A stretch of DNA of 63,686 bases, counting the filler, from Octopus bimaculoides (lineage: Eukaryota), in assembly GCF_001194135.2 (NCBI RefSeq). It is 7 parts of 7 records of this genome, joined end to end, with 100 filler letters (N's around TTAATTAATTAA, not from the genome) between each part and the next. Parts side by side here need not be neighbours in the genome. Positions count along the whole stretch, not along the records: positions 29,345 to 39,495 come from NC_069006.1; positions 39,596 to 45,863 come from NC_068983.1; positions 45,964 to 48,003 come from NW_026422331.1; positions 48,104 to 63,686 come from NC_068993.1; 3 more parts are not named here. One strand, given 5' to 3'. Position 1 is the first letter of the stretch, and the number at the start of each line of letters is the position of its first letter. Below are positions 38,051 to 52,699 of the stretch, in pieces. The notes under the pieces are model-generated. The model was given only the letters and a program-made list of their open reading frames with translations. It searched no databases and had not been told where the DNA came from. The translations under genes and the position numbers were made by a program.

Positions 38051-39659
38051 GAGCATTGAACAGCAGTCATGATACCGGCATTTTGACACCCGGCGCGAAT
38101 CATCATGGCACAAGTAACTCTTTTCCAATATTCAAATGGCTTCCACTCCTTCATGTCAGATACTTTTTTTCTCTTCTACAACTTCAATCATTATTATCTC
38201 CAACGCCGTTGACTCTGCACCAAATACATCAAGCATCAAGCTGTTCCTAAAAAAAAAAAGCAGGCGTTACAGAATCGTCAAATTTAGCCCGAACACCCTG
38301 CGTGTTAAAGAGCCTAAATTCCATCGAATCCTATATCTAATGAATATAGATTTCTTTTCGCTGCTTCTACGGATTCCCATGACTCTCTGTCGCCATCCAA
38401 TCCCATTATTATGAATTTGAATTGAGAGATTGAGTCATTAACTGATTACACAACAATGGACGCTACTCCTATGGATGCACCGCGTCCGTAGGGGTAGTTC
38501 TTGATAGAGCCTTGCTGATCCTGACCGTTGATCTTTCAGGATTCCTCCACTCAGCATCAATGTCAGAAGCACTGTTGGCTCAGTCAAGCTCTTCCGCTAC
38601 CGCTTCACATCCCACCATGCTGCAGTCCCATGACCTTGTTGTATCCCTGGCAGGGTGGCAATAAATGAATGAATGAATAAATAATTAAATGAATAAATAA
38701 ATAAAATTCATAATTAGCTTTGCATCAATTCTCAATATATTTTATGATCTTTTACGATCTTTTTTACGATTTTTCTATTTTGAACAGGTATTCCCCCCAT
38801 TGTCTGTTTTATACTAATACATACATACATGCATGCATGTATACATACATATAGATACATATACAGACACATATATAAATATATACACACATATGCACAC
38901 ATACACACACATATACACATACATAGTACATACACGCATACATACATACATACATACATACATACATACATACATACATACATGCGTACGTACGTGCGTG
39001 CCTACGTACGTACGTATGTACATACAAACATATGTACTATATAAGAAAAAGAAAGAAAGAAAATCCTTTCATCACTCCACTGTCGACGTAAAAGCCAATA
39101 AGCGGTGTAATACACAAACATGTCCTCTGTGTTATATTGAAACCAAACAATGAAAACATTGTAGGTTGACCGCCGACAATAGTTTAGTGTTTTTAACATA
39201 CTACATACACAGCTACCAACCTACACCGCCTCTATCATCACTCCTGGCAAATTATAAAATATATTTTTTCCTGTCAGGAACCTTATAAATTCGTGACGTA
39301 GACAAGGGTTTTTGTGGTTTTTGCCTACATTTTCAATCTGTGATAAACCTGTGTTTTTCAGTTAATATCTGCGCAATGCTTTCCGCTCCCCATTTCTCTC
39401 CCTCGCGATGTTTTCTCTCTGTTTTCTTTATTTTTCTTTGAATCATTAAATTGGCTTTCATGTATTTCTCCTTTCATTTCATCTTTCTTTCTTTCNNNNN
39501 NNNNNNNNNNNNNNNNNNNNNNNNNNNNNNNNNNNNNNNTTAATTAATTAANNNNNNNNNNNNNNNNNNNNNNNNNNNNNNNNNNNNNNNNNNNNCATAC
39601 ACATTTACATACATTTACACTCCCACAACCAAATTCACAGACATATTCACACAAATACA

Positions 39660-40960
<1,301 letters not shown>

Positions 40961-41346
40961 GAGAGAGAATCGGAACACAGACACCAAAATCTCAACACAT
41001 TTTTTCCATCAATATCAGAAGAAATATAGAAAAAAAGAGAAAAGTGCCATATATTTTAACATTATATACACTGAGATATTTTTCAATAAAAACAAGCTTC
41101 TTCAAAGACGATACTACATTTAGTATTTCAATATAAGAGAATGATTTATTTTTATGGCCGACATTTTTCTAATTTAAACAGAATTGCTCCCACTTAAATA
41201 CTATTTTACTCCAGCACCGCCATCTTGTAACACTATCGCCATACTTGCTCAGATTGTGTTCACGATTATCATTTTGTTTCTCTGTTCTTTCTTTGATTTA
41301 TTATTATTATATTGTTTTTTTTGTATTGTATGTTATGTATGTTTTG

Positions 41347-41384
<38 letters not shown>

Positions 41385-42552
41385 GGTGGTGTTATTGTTG
41401 TTGTTGTTGTTGATGTTTCTGTTGTTATTTATATTTACAATCATCTTTTCTTTCCTCTCGTCTACACTCCTGCCTCTTCTATTCTGCTTTACTTCATATT
41501 TTCTCTGTAAAGTTTTGATGTACATGTTATTTTTGCTTTTGTATGCATNNNNNNNNNNNNNNNNNNNNNNNNNNNNNNNNNNNNNNNNNNNNNNNNNNNN
41601 NNNNNNNNNNNNNNNNNNNNNNNNNNNNNNNNNNNNNNNNNNNNNNNNNNNNNNNNNNNNNNNNNNNNNNNNNNNNNNNNNNNNNNNNNNNNNNNNNNNN
41701 NNNNNNNNNNNNNNNNNNNNNNNNNNNNNNNNNNNNNNNNNNNNNNNNNNNNNNNNNNNNNNNNNNNNNNNNNNNNNNNNNNNNNNNNNNNNNNNNNNNN
41801 NNNNNNNNNNNNNNNNNNNNNNNNNNNNNNNNNNNNNNNNNNNNNNNNNNNNNNNNNNNNNNNNNNNNNNNNNNNNNNNNNNNNNNNNNNNNNNNNNNNN
41901 NNNNNNNNNNNNNNNNNNNNNNNNNNNNNNNNNNNNNNNNNNNNNNNNNNNNNNNNNNNNNNNNNNNNNNNNNNNNNNNNNNNNNNNNNNNNNNNNNNNN
42001 NNNNNNNNNNNNNNNNNNNNNNNNNNNNNNNNNNNNNNNNNNNNNNNNNNNNNNNNNNNNNNNNNNNNNNNNNNNNNNNNNNNNNNNNNNNNNNNNNNNN
42101 NNNNNNNNNNNNNNNNNNNNNNNNNNNNNNNNNNNNNNNNNTATATATATATATATATATATATGTATAGTATACATATTTTTTAGTTTGTTTTTGTTGG
42201 CGGTGTTATTGTTTTAGATATTTTTATTAATTTTTATGCTAAGAATTTATATATTTATTTATATGTTTATTTTAATACAAGTCAACAAGGAAGATTTTTA
42301 AAAATTTTGCTTCCGTGTCTATACGTATATACATATATATATACGCGCATACATACATGAATACATACATACATATATAGATATATATATATAAATATTA
42401 TATGTGTACGTGCATATATATTTTTACATATATATGTGTTTGTGTGTAATTGTGTGTGTATGTGTGTGTGTACGTGTGTATATATATATCCTTATATATG
42501 TACATATATATGCACATATGGAGACACCCAAAGAGCGCACACACACAAACAC

Positions 42553-42594
<42 letters not shown>

Positions 42595-42767
42595 GTGTCG
42601 GATCGGATGGATGTATGTATCCATGTATGTGTATGCTGGCTACGGGTTCATAGCTGGGTGGTTGTTTGCAGGCAGTTCTGTTTGTAATTTTCACTATACA
42701 TTTTCATATAAAAATGTGTTAAATAATTATCTACACACACGCATTCACACACACCCACGCACACAAA

Positions 42768-42815
<48 letters not shown>

Positions 42816-43677
42816 NNNNNNNNNNNNNNNNNNNNNNNNNNNNNNNNNNNNNNNNNNNNNNNNNNNNNNNNNNNNNNNNNNNNNNNNNNNNNNNNNNNNN
42901 NNNNNNNNNNNNNNNNNNNNNNNNNNNNNNNNNNNNNNNNNNNNNNNNNNNNNNNNNNNNNNNNNNNNNNNNNNNNNNNNNNNNNNNNNNNNNNNNNNNN
43001 NNNNNNNNNNNNNNNNNNNNNNNNNNNNNNNNNNNNNNNNNNNNNNNNNNNNNNNNNNNNNNNNNNNNNNNNNNNNNNNNNNNNNNNNNNNNNNNNNNNN
43101 NNNNNNNNNNNNNNNNNNNNNNNNNNNNNNNNNNNNNNNNNNNNNNNNNNNNNNNNNNNNNNNNNNNNNNNNNNNNNNNNNNNNNNNNNNNNNNNNNNNN
43201 NNNNNNNNNNNNNNNNNNNNNNNNNNNNNNNNNNNNNNNNNNNNNNNNNNNNNNNNNNNNNNNNNNNNNNNNNNNNNNNNNNNNNNNNNNNNNNNNNNNN
43301 NNNNNNNNNNNNNNNNNNNNNNNNNNNNNNNNNNNNNNNNNNNNNNNNNNNNNNNNNNNNNNNNNNNNNNNNNNNNNNNNNNNNNNNNNNNNNNNNNNNN
43401 NNNNNNNNNNNNNNNNNNNNNNNNNNNNNNNNNNNNNNNNNNNNNNNNNNNNNNNNNNNNNNNNNNNNNNNNNNNNNNNNNNNNNNNNNNNNNNNNNNNN
43501 NNNNNNNNNNNNNNNNNNNNNNNNNNNNNNNNNNNNNNNNNNNNNNNNNNNNNNNNNNNNNNNNNNNNNNNNNNNNNNNNNNNNNNNNNNNNNNNNNNNN
43601 NNNNNNNNNNNNNNNNNNNNNNNNNNNNNNNNNNNNNNNNNNNNNNNNNNNNNNNNNNNNNNNNNNNNNNNNNNNNN

Positions 43678-43712
<35 letters not shown>

Positions 43713-44544
43713 TTATATATATATATATACGCGCATAAATAGGCATAGACGCATACATACATACATGCATATGCGTGTCATTGTATGGCAGAAAATAATG
43801 CGTTTTCCTTACAATATTAACGTGCATACGTTATTGACTCTCATTCCGTAATACAATGCTTGCCGTTTTCTAAAGCAACTACGAAACTATCGATCGTACC
43901 AATGGCATTTTCAAAGATACGTTTGATTAACGAGGACGTTACACAGATATCGATCTCTGCACTACAAAGATTCTCATATAGAAAAATAAAAGCCAACATC
44001 AACAAAACAATTAAGTAATAACAACAGCAACAACAACGACAACAATGATAACTAGAACTATTACTACCGCTGCTGCTCTTGCTGCTGCTGTGGATGATGA
44101 TGATGATTGGGGGTGGGGTGAGAGTGCGACCACTGACATGGCGGCAACAAATAAACGTTGCTGTATCGCAATCTAAGGCGGGATTTCAAACGGAATTACG
44201 TTAATATATATTTGTATTTTCATATAAATTCGTGTGCATGTGCGTACATAATCCCGGACGTACACACACACGCATATACATACATACATACATACACACA
44301 TGCACACATATACACAGGCATGCATACATTCATACGTGCATACGTATATACATATAGATGTATATATAATAATATAAATAAGATATAAATATACGCATAT
44401 ATCTATACCATACATACATATGTATATATATATATGTGTATATATATATATATATATAAATGCTTTTATATACATACTGTGTAATTGTATATACATGTGT
44501 ATACTGTGTGTATTTATAAATGTATATGTATATGTATATCGATC

Positions 44545-44588
<44 letters not shown>

Positions 44589-44688
44589 NNNNNNNNNNNN
44601 NNNNNNNNNNNNNNNNNNNNNNNNNNNNNNNNNNNNNNNNNNNNNNNNNNNNNNNNNNNNNNNNNNNNNNNNNNNNNNNNNNNNNNNN

Positions 44689-44731
44689 ACTGCGAGTCCG
44701 CTGCCCTAACCACTGGGCCATTGCGCCTCCA
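44689..44731 (-). mobile_element. SINE family C head fragment; the remainder lies in the gap
   Basis: GCGAGTCCGCTGCCCTAACCACTGGGCCATTGCGC matches 5288-5322. Confidence 0.8.
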
Positions 44732-45153
44732 CTGGAAGCAATGTATAAGTGGCTCATCTAGCAGTCAAGGACATCTTTTTTTTTCTGAGTGCATGAAAGA
44801 GCTTGTGTGAAGACGGACACGTCATTTGAAAAAAAAAATGAGTAGGGGTATTATGTTAGAAAATGATGTGTTTGTAAATTTAATACCGTTAGTATTGTAA
44901 TTAATTTTGAAAAATTGTGGCAAAATATGATGCATAAATGAACATTGGTCTTGTTTTACGTGGTCAGAAAGCGAACCGGTTATTTGCCGGTCCGCTATAA
45001 TACATTAACCACGACAATTTTATTATCTTTCAATTTGAAATATTAGTAGCTAGTATTGAGCCTCATATACCAGGCTTTTGTTGTTTTTTGAGGAAAAGGG
45101 GTTGCATTTCAAGCTTTAATTAATAGTTCAAGCAAATTACATAATAAAATCGT

Positions 45154-45640
45154 TTATTTCTCTAAATAAATGATATTCCGTTGTACCAGAAGCTCAATTT
45201 GACGCTTATACAAATTGGCTGGCTTAGGAACAAAAACTGCCCTGCACTTGTTTTGAACCTCATCCACATTGCTGAACCTCCATCATAATGAGCCATAGCC
45301 CGGAAAAGTAGTAATCTCTATGGTGCAACGTCTGGAGTGTAAGCACTGAGGTAACACTTCCAGTTCCTTAAGTCCCTGAAATGTTTGCATGGTCACATTG
45401 GTAGTGTGTTCTAGGGCATTGTCATACAATAGGCATGCCCGTTTTCAATTGACCAACACCGAGTAGCGGGCTTTCCGAGCATTATATACTCACTGCTGTT
45501 GTTGTTTCATGATGGTTAACGTTTACAACATAACCATCTGGTAGAAGCACTAAGTGCAACACCCCATCAAAATTCCACCAAACACACAGCATGATCACAT
45601 ACGTTGTAGCCGAGTCTTTTGATAGCCACAATCTAAAACT
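45154..45640 (-). mobile_element. Mariner transposase pseudogene, catalytic C-terminal half
   Basis: IMLCVWWNFDGVLHLVLLPDG..LYDNALEHT..EVLPQ-AYTPDVAP*DYY-FRAMAH, i.e. WW, HDNA and YSPDLAPSD motifs with approximately D34D spacing. Frameshifted, so absent from the ORF track. Confidence 0.85.
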
Positions 45641-46096
45641 CCCCATTATTATAAAGGTTTTCTCATAATTAAAAAATTTAGAAATTGCTATGGAAACTTT
45701 AACTAAGCAATTTCGAGAGAGAAAGTGGGGTAGAAATATGGGTGCAATTCGGAAAATTCAAGTATTATTATCATAGAATTCTGAGAGAGAAGTCGAATTT
45801 ATATCTTATTCGATAGACGATGAAATGGACGGTCGTGAAGTAAGAATTGGTTAATACAGCATTNNNNNNNNNNNNNNNNNNNNNNNNNNNNNNNNNNNNN
45901 NNNNNNNTTAATTAATTAANNNNNNNNNNNNNNNNNNNNNNNNNNNNNNNNNNNNNNNNNNNNACACACACACACACACACATATATTTACATATATATA
46001 TATAATTAAGATTCGGTTGAATTAAGAACTTAAAATGAGGCACCAAGCCAGTTAGAGTGTAGTCTGTGCAGCTTGAAGTTAGGTGAACAAAATGCA

Positions 46097-46486
46097 TAAG
46101 TAGCAAGGATGTCCAGGTGTCAATGCATTACGGCCGCTTCAAGCGGCTCCATATAATCGATCAATGAAACCGTTGCATCAATTTGAAAGAAATCGCTCTC
46201 CTCAAACTATAGTAGGCTTAAATAGATATGCATTATTCTCTGAATTCATTCTGCCTCAAATATACCACAAATAAGGAAACATTGTAATTATTTAGGCTTC
46301 TAGTACTGATATAAGTTTGCTATAAATGCTAAAAATAGTTTATCCTTTATGTTTGAAAACTATATGATCATCTGCGTCTGAGGAGAGTGGTTTCTTTCAA
46401 AGTGATGTAATGTTTTCATTGATCGATTAAATGGAACCGCTTGAAACGGCCGTAATGCATTGATACCTGGACATCCTAGTTACTTA
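46097..46486. mobile_element. 390-bp MITE with imperfect TIRs of about 74 bp, bounded by TA
   Basis: 46097-46170 is the reverse complement of 46413-46486 with about 7 mismatches (GGATGTCCAGGTGTCAATGCATTACGGCCGCTTCAAGCGG / CCGCTTGAAACGGCCGTAATGCATTGATACCTGGACATCC). Confidence 0.85.
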
Positions 46487-47081
46487 CGTATGTGCGTATA
46501 TATATATATANNNNNNNNNNNNNNNNNNNNNNNNNNNNNNNNNNNNNNNNNNNNNNNNNNNNNNNNNNNNNNNNNNNNNNNNNNNNNNNNNNNNNNNNNN
46601 NNNNNNNNNNNNNNNNNNNNNNNNNNNNNNNNNNNNNNNNNNNNNNNNNNNNNNNNNNNNNNNNNNNNNNNNNNNNNNNNNNNNNNNNNNNNNNNNNNNN
46701 NNNNNNNNNNNNNNNNNNNNNNNNNNNNNNNNNNNNNNNNNNNNNNNNNNNNNNNNNNNNNNNNNNNNNNNNNNNNNNNNNNNNNNNNNNNNNNNNNNNN
46801 NNNNNNNNNNNNNNNNNNNNNNNNNNNNNNNNNNNNNNNNNNNNNNNNNNNNNNNNNNNNNNNNNNNNNNNNNNNNNNNNNNNNNNNNNNNNNNNNNNNN
46901 NNNNNNNNNNNNNNNNNNNNNNNNNNNNNNNNNNNNNNNNNNNNNNNNNNNNNNNNNNNNNNNNNNNNNNNNNNNNNNNNNNNNNNNNNNNNNNNNNNNN
47001 NNNNNNNNNNNNNNNNNNNNNNNNNNNNNNNNNNNNNNNNNNNNNNNNNNNNNNNNNNNNNNNNNNNNNNNNNNNNNNNNN

Positions 47082-47135
<54 letters not shown>

Positions 47136-47328
47136 ATTCAGGTAAAAATTATGGAGATTCCCATACAAAGTTCTTCCACATTTATTGCCTATTTGATGTC
47201 ATCATAGAGTGGAAATGCTCCTTGCTGCCGTATAGACATCATGAATTCAATCGTTTCCGTAGAGTTTATATAAATAAACACTTTGGATAGAGTTACGGGG
47301 ACGTTACGGGGGACGTAAACACACCAGC

Positions 47329-47367
<39 letters not shown>

Positions 47368-47682
47368 TATATACACATATATATACATGTTTAATTTTTA
47401 CACATGTTTCTATATTATTACGGAAACACGATTCAATCTTTAGACACCGACCATTCTGTAAGCCTGGTAGTTTTTATACCAATCTCTTTTACCAGAGACG
47501 TAAACACACCAACTTTTTACCACACACTCAAACCTGCGCCCATATGCATACATACATAAAGACATCCATCTATCCATCCATCCATAGACATACATACATA
47601 CATAGACATACACACATAAACACTTTGCACACATACATGGATTTATTTAATAAATAGATAAAACATTTTATCTCTGGATCGA

Positions 47683-47933
47683 ACATTCTTTATTTAAAAT
47701 TTATTTCGACACATTTTTACAGCCATATTACGTTGGTGAGCTGCTGTGTAATTATCTTGCATCCAATGTGTAAAATGCGCCTCATCCTAGTGTCATTTTC
47801 GCATTTTTTCATTACACCTTGGACGGATGGATGATGAGGATTTCACATCTCAGCAATGTATTACGGGTGTCAAAATATGTCGAAATACTATATATAAAAT
47901 TTGTCGAAATACTATATATAAAATAAAGAACGT
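47683..47933. mobile_element. Possible MITE of about 250 bp with imperfect inverted ends and a 22-bp internal direct repeat
   Basis: ACATTCTTTATTT..TTTCGACACATTTT versus AAAATATGTCGAAA..AAATAAAGAACGT; GTCGAAATACTATATATAAAAT at 47879 and 47903. Confidence 0.45.
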
Positions 47934-47955
47934 CGTTTATTATATTTTGTATCAT

Positions 47956-47995
<40 letters not shown>

Positions 47996-48103
47996 AAATA
48001 TATNNNNNNNNNNNNNNNNNNNNNNNNNNNNNNNNNNNNNNNNNNNNTTAATTAATTAANNNNNNNNNNNNNNNNNNNNNNNNNNNNNNNNNNNNNNNNN
48101 NNN

Positions 48104-48105
48104 TT

Positions 48106-48147
<42 letters not shown>

Positions 48148-48460
48148 ACACACACACACACACTCATTCACTCTCTCTTTCTCTCTCTCTCTCTTTCACA
48201 CACACACACACACTCATTCACTCTCTCTCTTTTTCAATCTCTCATTCTCTCTCTTTCTCTCTCCCTCTTTCACACACACATACACACACTCATTTACTCT
48301 CTCTTTCTCTCTCTTTTTCTTTTTCTCTTTTTCTTTTACTCTCTCTCTCTCTCTCTCTCTTTCACACACACACACACACACACTCATTCACTCTCTCTCT
48401 TTCATACACACACACACACACACACTCATTCACTCTCTTTCTCTTTTTCTCTCTCTCCCC
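48104..48460. repeat. Minisatellite (TC)n-TTT-(CA)n-CTCATTCAC, about 5 units
   Basis: Direct inspection. Confidence 0.9.
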
Positions 48461-48892
48461 CTTCCATCTCACACCTTGTTACTTCCATTTATCTACCCAA
48501 AGAGATACATTTTACCCAAGGTACCTGCCCATGAAACCATCCAATTCTTCTGAGATGTGAAGCATCCATAAAACCGTTTGTATCAGCCAATCTGTAAAAT
48601 CCAGCAACTTTCATTAAGGTTCCTTCTTTTGTTTTGCAATTCTAATTTGGATCCCGAGACTAATCATTTCCTACTTCACAGCTGAGACCTTCAGTTGACA
48701 TCCATTGTATCTTGTTGGAGTTTTTGTTTTAACAACTGGATGCTTCTCTTAATTTTAATCATTCAACTCTGAAATAGAACTGGAACCTATGGTCTATCAT
48801 GCAAAACTGAGGAAAGCAGAATTGTTTGTATTTGTTAAGGCACAATAATTGTAGTGAATGTAGTAAAAGCTTGAATCCATTATAATATAGTC

Positions 48893-49195
48893 TTCATCAA
48901 CCTTCATCTGGCCGAGCGTGCTTAGACAGTTTTAACCCACACATGCCATGCCATCCATCATGATCCTGCATTTGTTGAGGAAAGTCTTCACGGTGACATC
49001 CACTGTTTCTGTTGAGTTGATCTACATACATTGTGTTTGGATGACCTGCTCGAGTACGGCCAGGCTTTGGCATCCATAGCAGTAGGTCAGTTGCCAGCTC
49101 TTGTTTAGCTCACCAGTAATGTCCTGCAAAGCACAAGCTCCCTTCTCTTATCATAATAGAAACAAGCAGGAGATCTTTTTATACAGCTGCTTTTT
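48893..49195 (-). mobile_element. 3' end of an RTE/RTE-X-type LINE
   Basis: FAGHYW*AKQELATDLLLWMPKPGRTRAGHPNTMYVDQL..QQMQDHDGW matches the LRFAGHC..LLLW.P..G....GRP..TYIDQL pattern; short GATGAA tail. Confidence 0.75.
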
Positions 49196-49556
49196 TTTTT
49201 TTTGTGGTGGGACGAGTTCTCATTAAGTCATTCTGTCAACTTGTCAGTGACTTACATACTAATATATTGATTAAACTGGCGAAAAGTTTTGAGTTCAAAT
49301 CTTAGCTAAAATTACTGGAGTTTCACTTCCTCCCATAAAATCCCCCAAGTATTTACTAGACTGTCATTTTACTGTAAACTTTCCAACTTCATCTAAGTGT
49401 GTGGTAAGCCATCTTCAACTTCACCATAGGGCCAATCCTGTCCACTGTCATTGTAATGACCCAATGATGAAGCTTCTACAGAGTTAATCGATTTGAAAAA
49501 GTTGTGGTCAAATCTTTCTTAAACACCACCTTGTCTTATAAATGGAATCTTTATCA

Positions 49557-49790
49557 ACATCATCATCATCATCATCATCATTTAACATTCATTCTCCATG
49601 CTGACATGAGTTGAACACTTTGACAGGAGCTGGTAAGGCCAGAGTCCGCACCAGGCTCCATCGTCTGTTTTGGCATGATCGGATGCCCTTCTTAACACCA
49701 ACAACTTTACAGAATGCACTGGGCGCTTTTTACGTAGCACCAGTGCCAATGATTTTTACAAGGCACCAGTGCCAGTGATTTTTATGTGGC
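49557..49790 (-). mobile_element. RTE-type 3' tail or RTE-dependent SINE remnant with (GAT)n tail
   Basis: (CAT)n-TTTAACATTC..CCATGCTGACATG..GGATGCCCTTCTTAACACCAAC; local duplication of GCACCAGTGCCA(A/G)TGATTTTTA. Confidence 0.6.
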
Positions 49791-49959
49791 AAATAAAGAA
49801 GTCTTGAATGTAATATATTAAATGGTCAGAGCTTGATTGAAAGCTAAATATTTTTTCAAATTTTTATCACAGAATTATTTTTTCAATCATATGCTAACAC
49901 TATCAGAGAATGACAAAACTTTGGTTCTCCACAAAAACCTCTTTCAGTCCTTATCTGAC

Positions 49960-50142
49960 CCAAATATTCAACCTGTTTTATGTTCAAACTGGCCAGCTCC
50001 AGTTTTTTATACCTAACCTACAAATAAACAATTATATCATCGAAATCCTGAAACTACAAGATAATGCTTGATTGATTCAAAGCAATGTGAATAATTAATA
50101 AATATTACAGTTGACAGAGTAACCGAAATGCTAAAAGGTCAA
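49960..50142. mobile_element. Probable right part of a TTAA-type (piggyBac-like) MITE
   Basis: Ends AATGCTAAAAGGTCAA, like a degenerate CTAAAGGG-TTAA terminus. The family assignment is from recall only and no matching left TIR is visible. Confidence 0.3.
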
Positions 50143-51542
50143 CATGTTAGCAGTCCACATTAATGATGTTTAGCCTGTGACTGCAAACAATTGAATTCAG
50201 TTACTTTGCAGAGTTTTATGCAGTTGCACATATACAAAAGATAATTTTCTCTCAGGACTATTTCAGCAGGGAAAAGTCTCCCCAGGTGCAAATGTACAAG
50301 AGTGTGTTAATTATGGTTGTATATGAGTGTATTTTTTTCAAGGCTGTTTTGTGTGTGTCTAGTTATTTAATTCCAGTTTGATCAAGCTTTATGCACATTA
50401 GTAAATGTACTATGTACTCTTCTTATAAATCATAATTATCATTCATACAGGGTCATGAAAGACAAATTTGATATTCATAGCTGACAATGTGCAATGATAG
50501 AGAAATGCATGTACCTTATGCTCTAATGACATCATAATTTCTATCGGTGTTCCCAGCCAAAGGACTTTTACTTTATAGGACTGTTATTATACCATGAGGA
50601 TGAATTTGTTTCCAAATATTTAGTCGGTGAGAAGATTTTTTCTGGAAATATTTCCACACCAAAAGATCTTTACATATTTGAGTGTGCACAAACAAGGTAA
50701 GTATGGCTATACACAATTGTGTGTGTGTGTGTGTGTGTGTCTGTGTGTGTGTGTGCATGTGCATGCTTACTAGAGATTTAAAAAATCTTCAGAGTAAATT
50801 ATTCATATCATCATCAGATGTTAAATGATGATAATGATCATGATCATGATGATCATGATGNNNNNNNNNNGCGGCGGCGGCGGCGGCGACGGCGGCGGCG
50901 GTGGGGAGGGGGTGAGAAGGAGGAGGAGCAGGATATAGATTATCTTTTACTCTGAAGATGTTTTATAATCCAAAGTGATAGGCAAGAAAGATATTCTCAA
51001 ATTCTTAATTCCTGCATCAAAATCAAAATAAACGTTAATTGAAGGAATTATTTAAGTAGGTTTGCAAATAAAATACGAAAGCGCCACAAACTTGGATGGA
51101 ACAGGAGTGTTAAGTAATCTAAACATTGTAGAGGTGCCAGAAAGAATTAGCATAGAAATTACTGTGGGTGTTTTACAGGTTTAACTACTTTTAAGCAGGT
51201 TTGCATTTTATTTGCATATAATAAACACTTTTTGCCAGATTTTGAAACTTTAAATTAGGTGTGTTGCGTTAAACAGGCAAAGCAGCATGGTGCAAAAGTA
51301 ATTACCAAATTTCTGGTACCATTTTTCTAGCATACAAGTGGATGTAATACAAAGTGTAAAAATGTGTAAACATTTAAACATCATCATTATCTTTCTGAAT
51401 CCTGTAGCATTTCATATGGAATTTTTTGGTCCTCTTAAGGCATCTTGGTGTATAAGTCCACCTACTTTTCCTGACTGTAAATTTTTGTTTGAAAAATTTG
51501 ACTTTAGGTTGGAAAATATGGTATTCTATTTTTTTTTTGTTC

Positions 51543-51925
51543 TTTTATTTGTTTCTGTCGTTTGACTGCAGCCATGCTGGAGCACTGCCTTTAGTTGAAC
51601 AAATCTTATTGTTTGTGAGCCTAGTACTTATTTTATTGGTCCCTTTNNNNNNNNNNTTACAGGGACGTAGACACACCAACATTAGTTGTCAAGCGATGGT
51701 GGGGGGGGACAAACAGACAGACACACACGCACGCACGCACACACACACACACACACACATATGGCGAGTTTATTTCAATTTCCGTCTACCAAATCCACTC
51801 ATAAGGCTTTGGTCAGCCTGAAGCTGTAGCAGAAGACACTTGCCCAAGGTGCCATACAGTGGGACTGAACCCAGAACCATGTGGGTGGGAAGCAAGCTTC
51901 TTACCACACAGCTATGCCTGCGCCT
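51543..51925 (-). mobile_element. SINE family B, full length
   Basis: Both modules, internal (CA)n, and head ending CCACACAGCTATGCCTGCGCCT on the plus strand. Confidence 0.9.
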
Positions 51926-52699
51926 ACGTTCTATTTGCGAACCGTTATTCAACTTGTAACTCTTACGTCAGAGAACAATGCTGTAAAGATGCAGCTGAGA
52001 TTGTAATATTTCTGTGATTCATAAACACTGACTAATATTGCACCAAATGCACTCACTTTGTTGTTATTACTGTTTCACCTTTGGTCAGCCTTGATTGACC
52101 AGCCATGATATTCCAACCATGACCACCTCATTATTTTTGTTATTTTTATTTATTTATTGTGGTGCTAGTATGTTGAAATACGTTATCATATGTCTTTTCC
52201 TTATTGAAAACCATAGGATGTGATTTAAGAGAGATCTGACTGCTATTTCTAGCAGGCCCAGCTACTACATGCAAGCTTACTTGTTGCCCGCTCGGCTGTG
52301 GAAAACGTGGGCAACTCTTCTTGCAGCTAGTACTTATTGATCTATCGGCTGATCGATCGCCTGTTGTGCGCGCGATTAACTCACCTCATGTTCAAGCTGG
52401 CCATTCAATTGAGTGACTCACTACTATGAAATTAGAACGTACAGTCATCTAGCAAATTGGTTTTTTCCTATTATTTCAACTCATTACGTTTTAATCTATT
52501 TTCTTGACAGCAAAATTACCTATATATATGGAACATGACTCCAACAGACATTCTCAGTTTTTTATCTGATCGTTGACAGTAGACATTTATTCTCAAAACC
52601 CAATTTCAAACTATCTGTCTTCAAATTTTATTGTTTATTTCGACAGGATACTCAGATTAAGAAAGATAACCATAAACTACTAAATTTTCACGTGCTCAT

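Noticed and set aside
38470-38655. GC-richer island as a LINE linker fragment
   Set aside because: Only an EW..LK-like hint after frameshifting; insufficient.
48520-48600. Candidate minus-strand micro-exon (TTTTACAG...GGCAG/GTACC)
   Set aside because: Splice-like ends but no recognisable peptide and no partner exons.
51288-51303. TGGTGCAAAAGTAATT, similar to Hsmar1-type TIR
   Set aside because: An isolated 16-mer without a partner TIR or transposase nearby.
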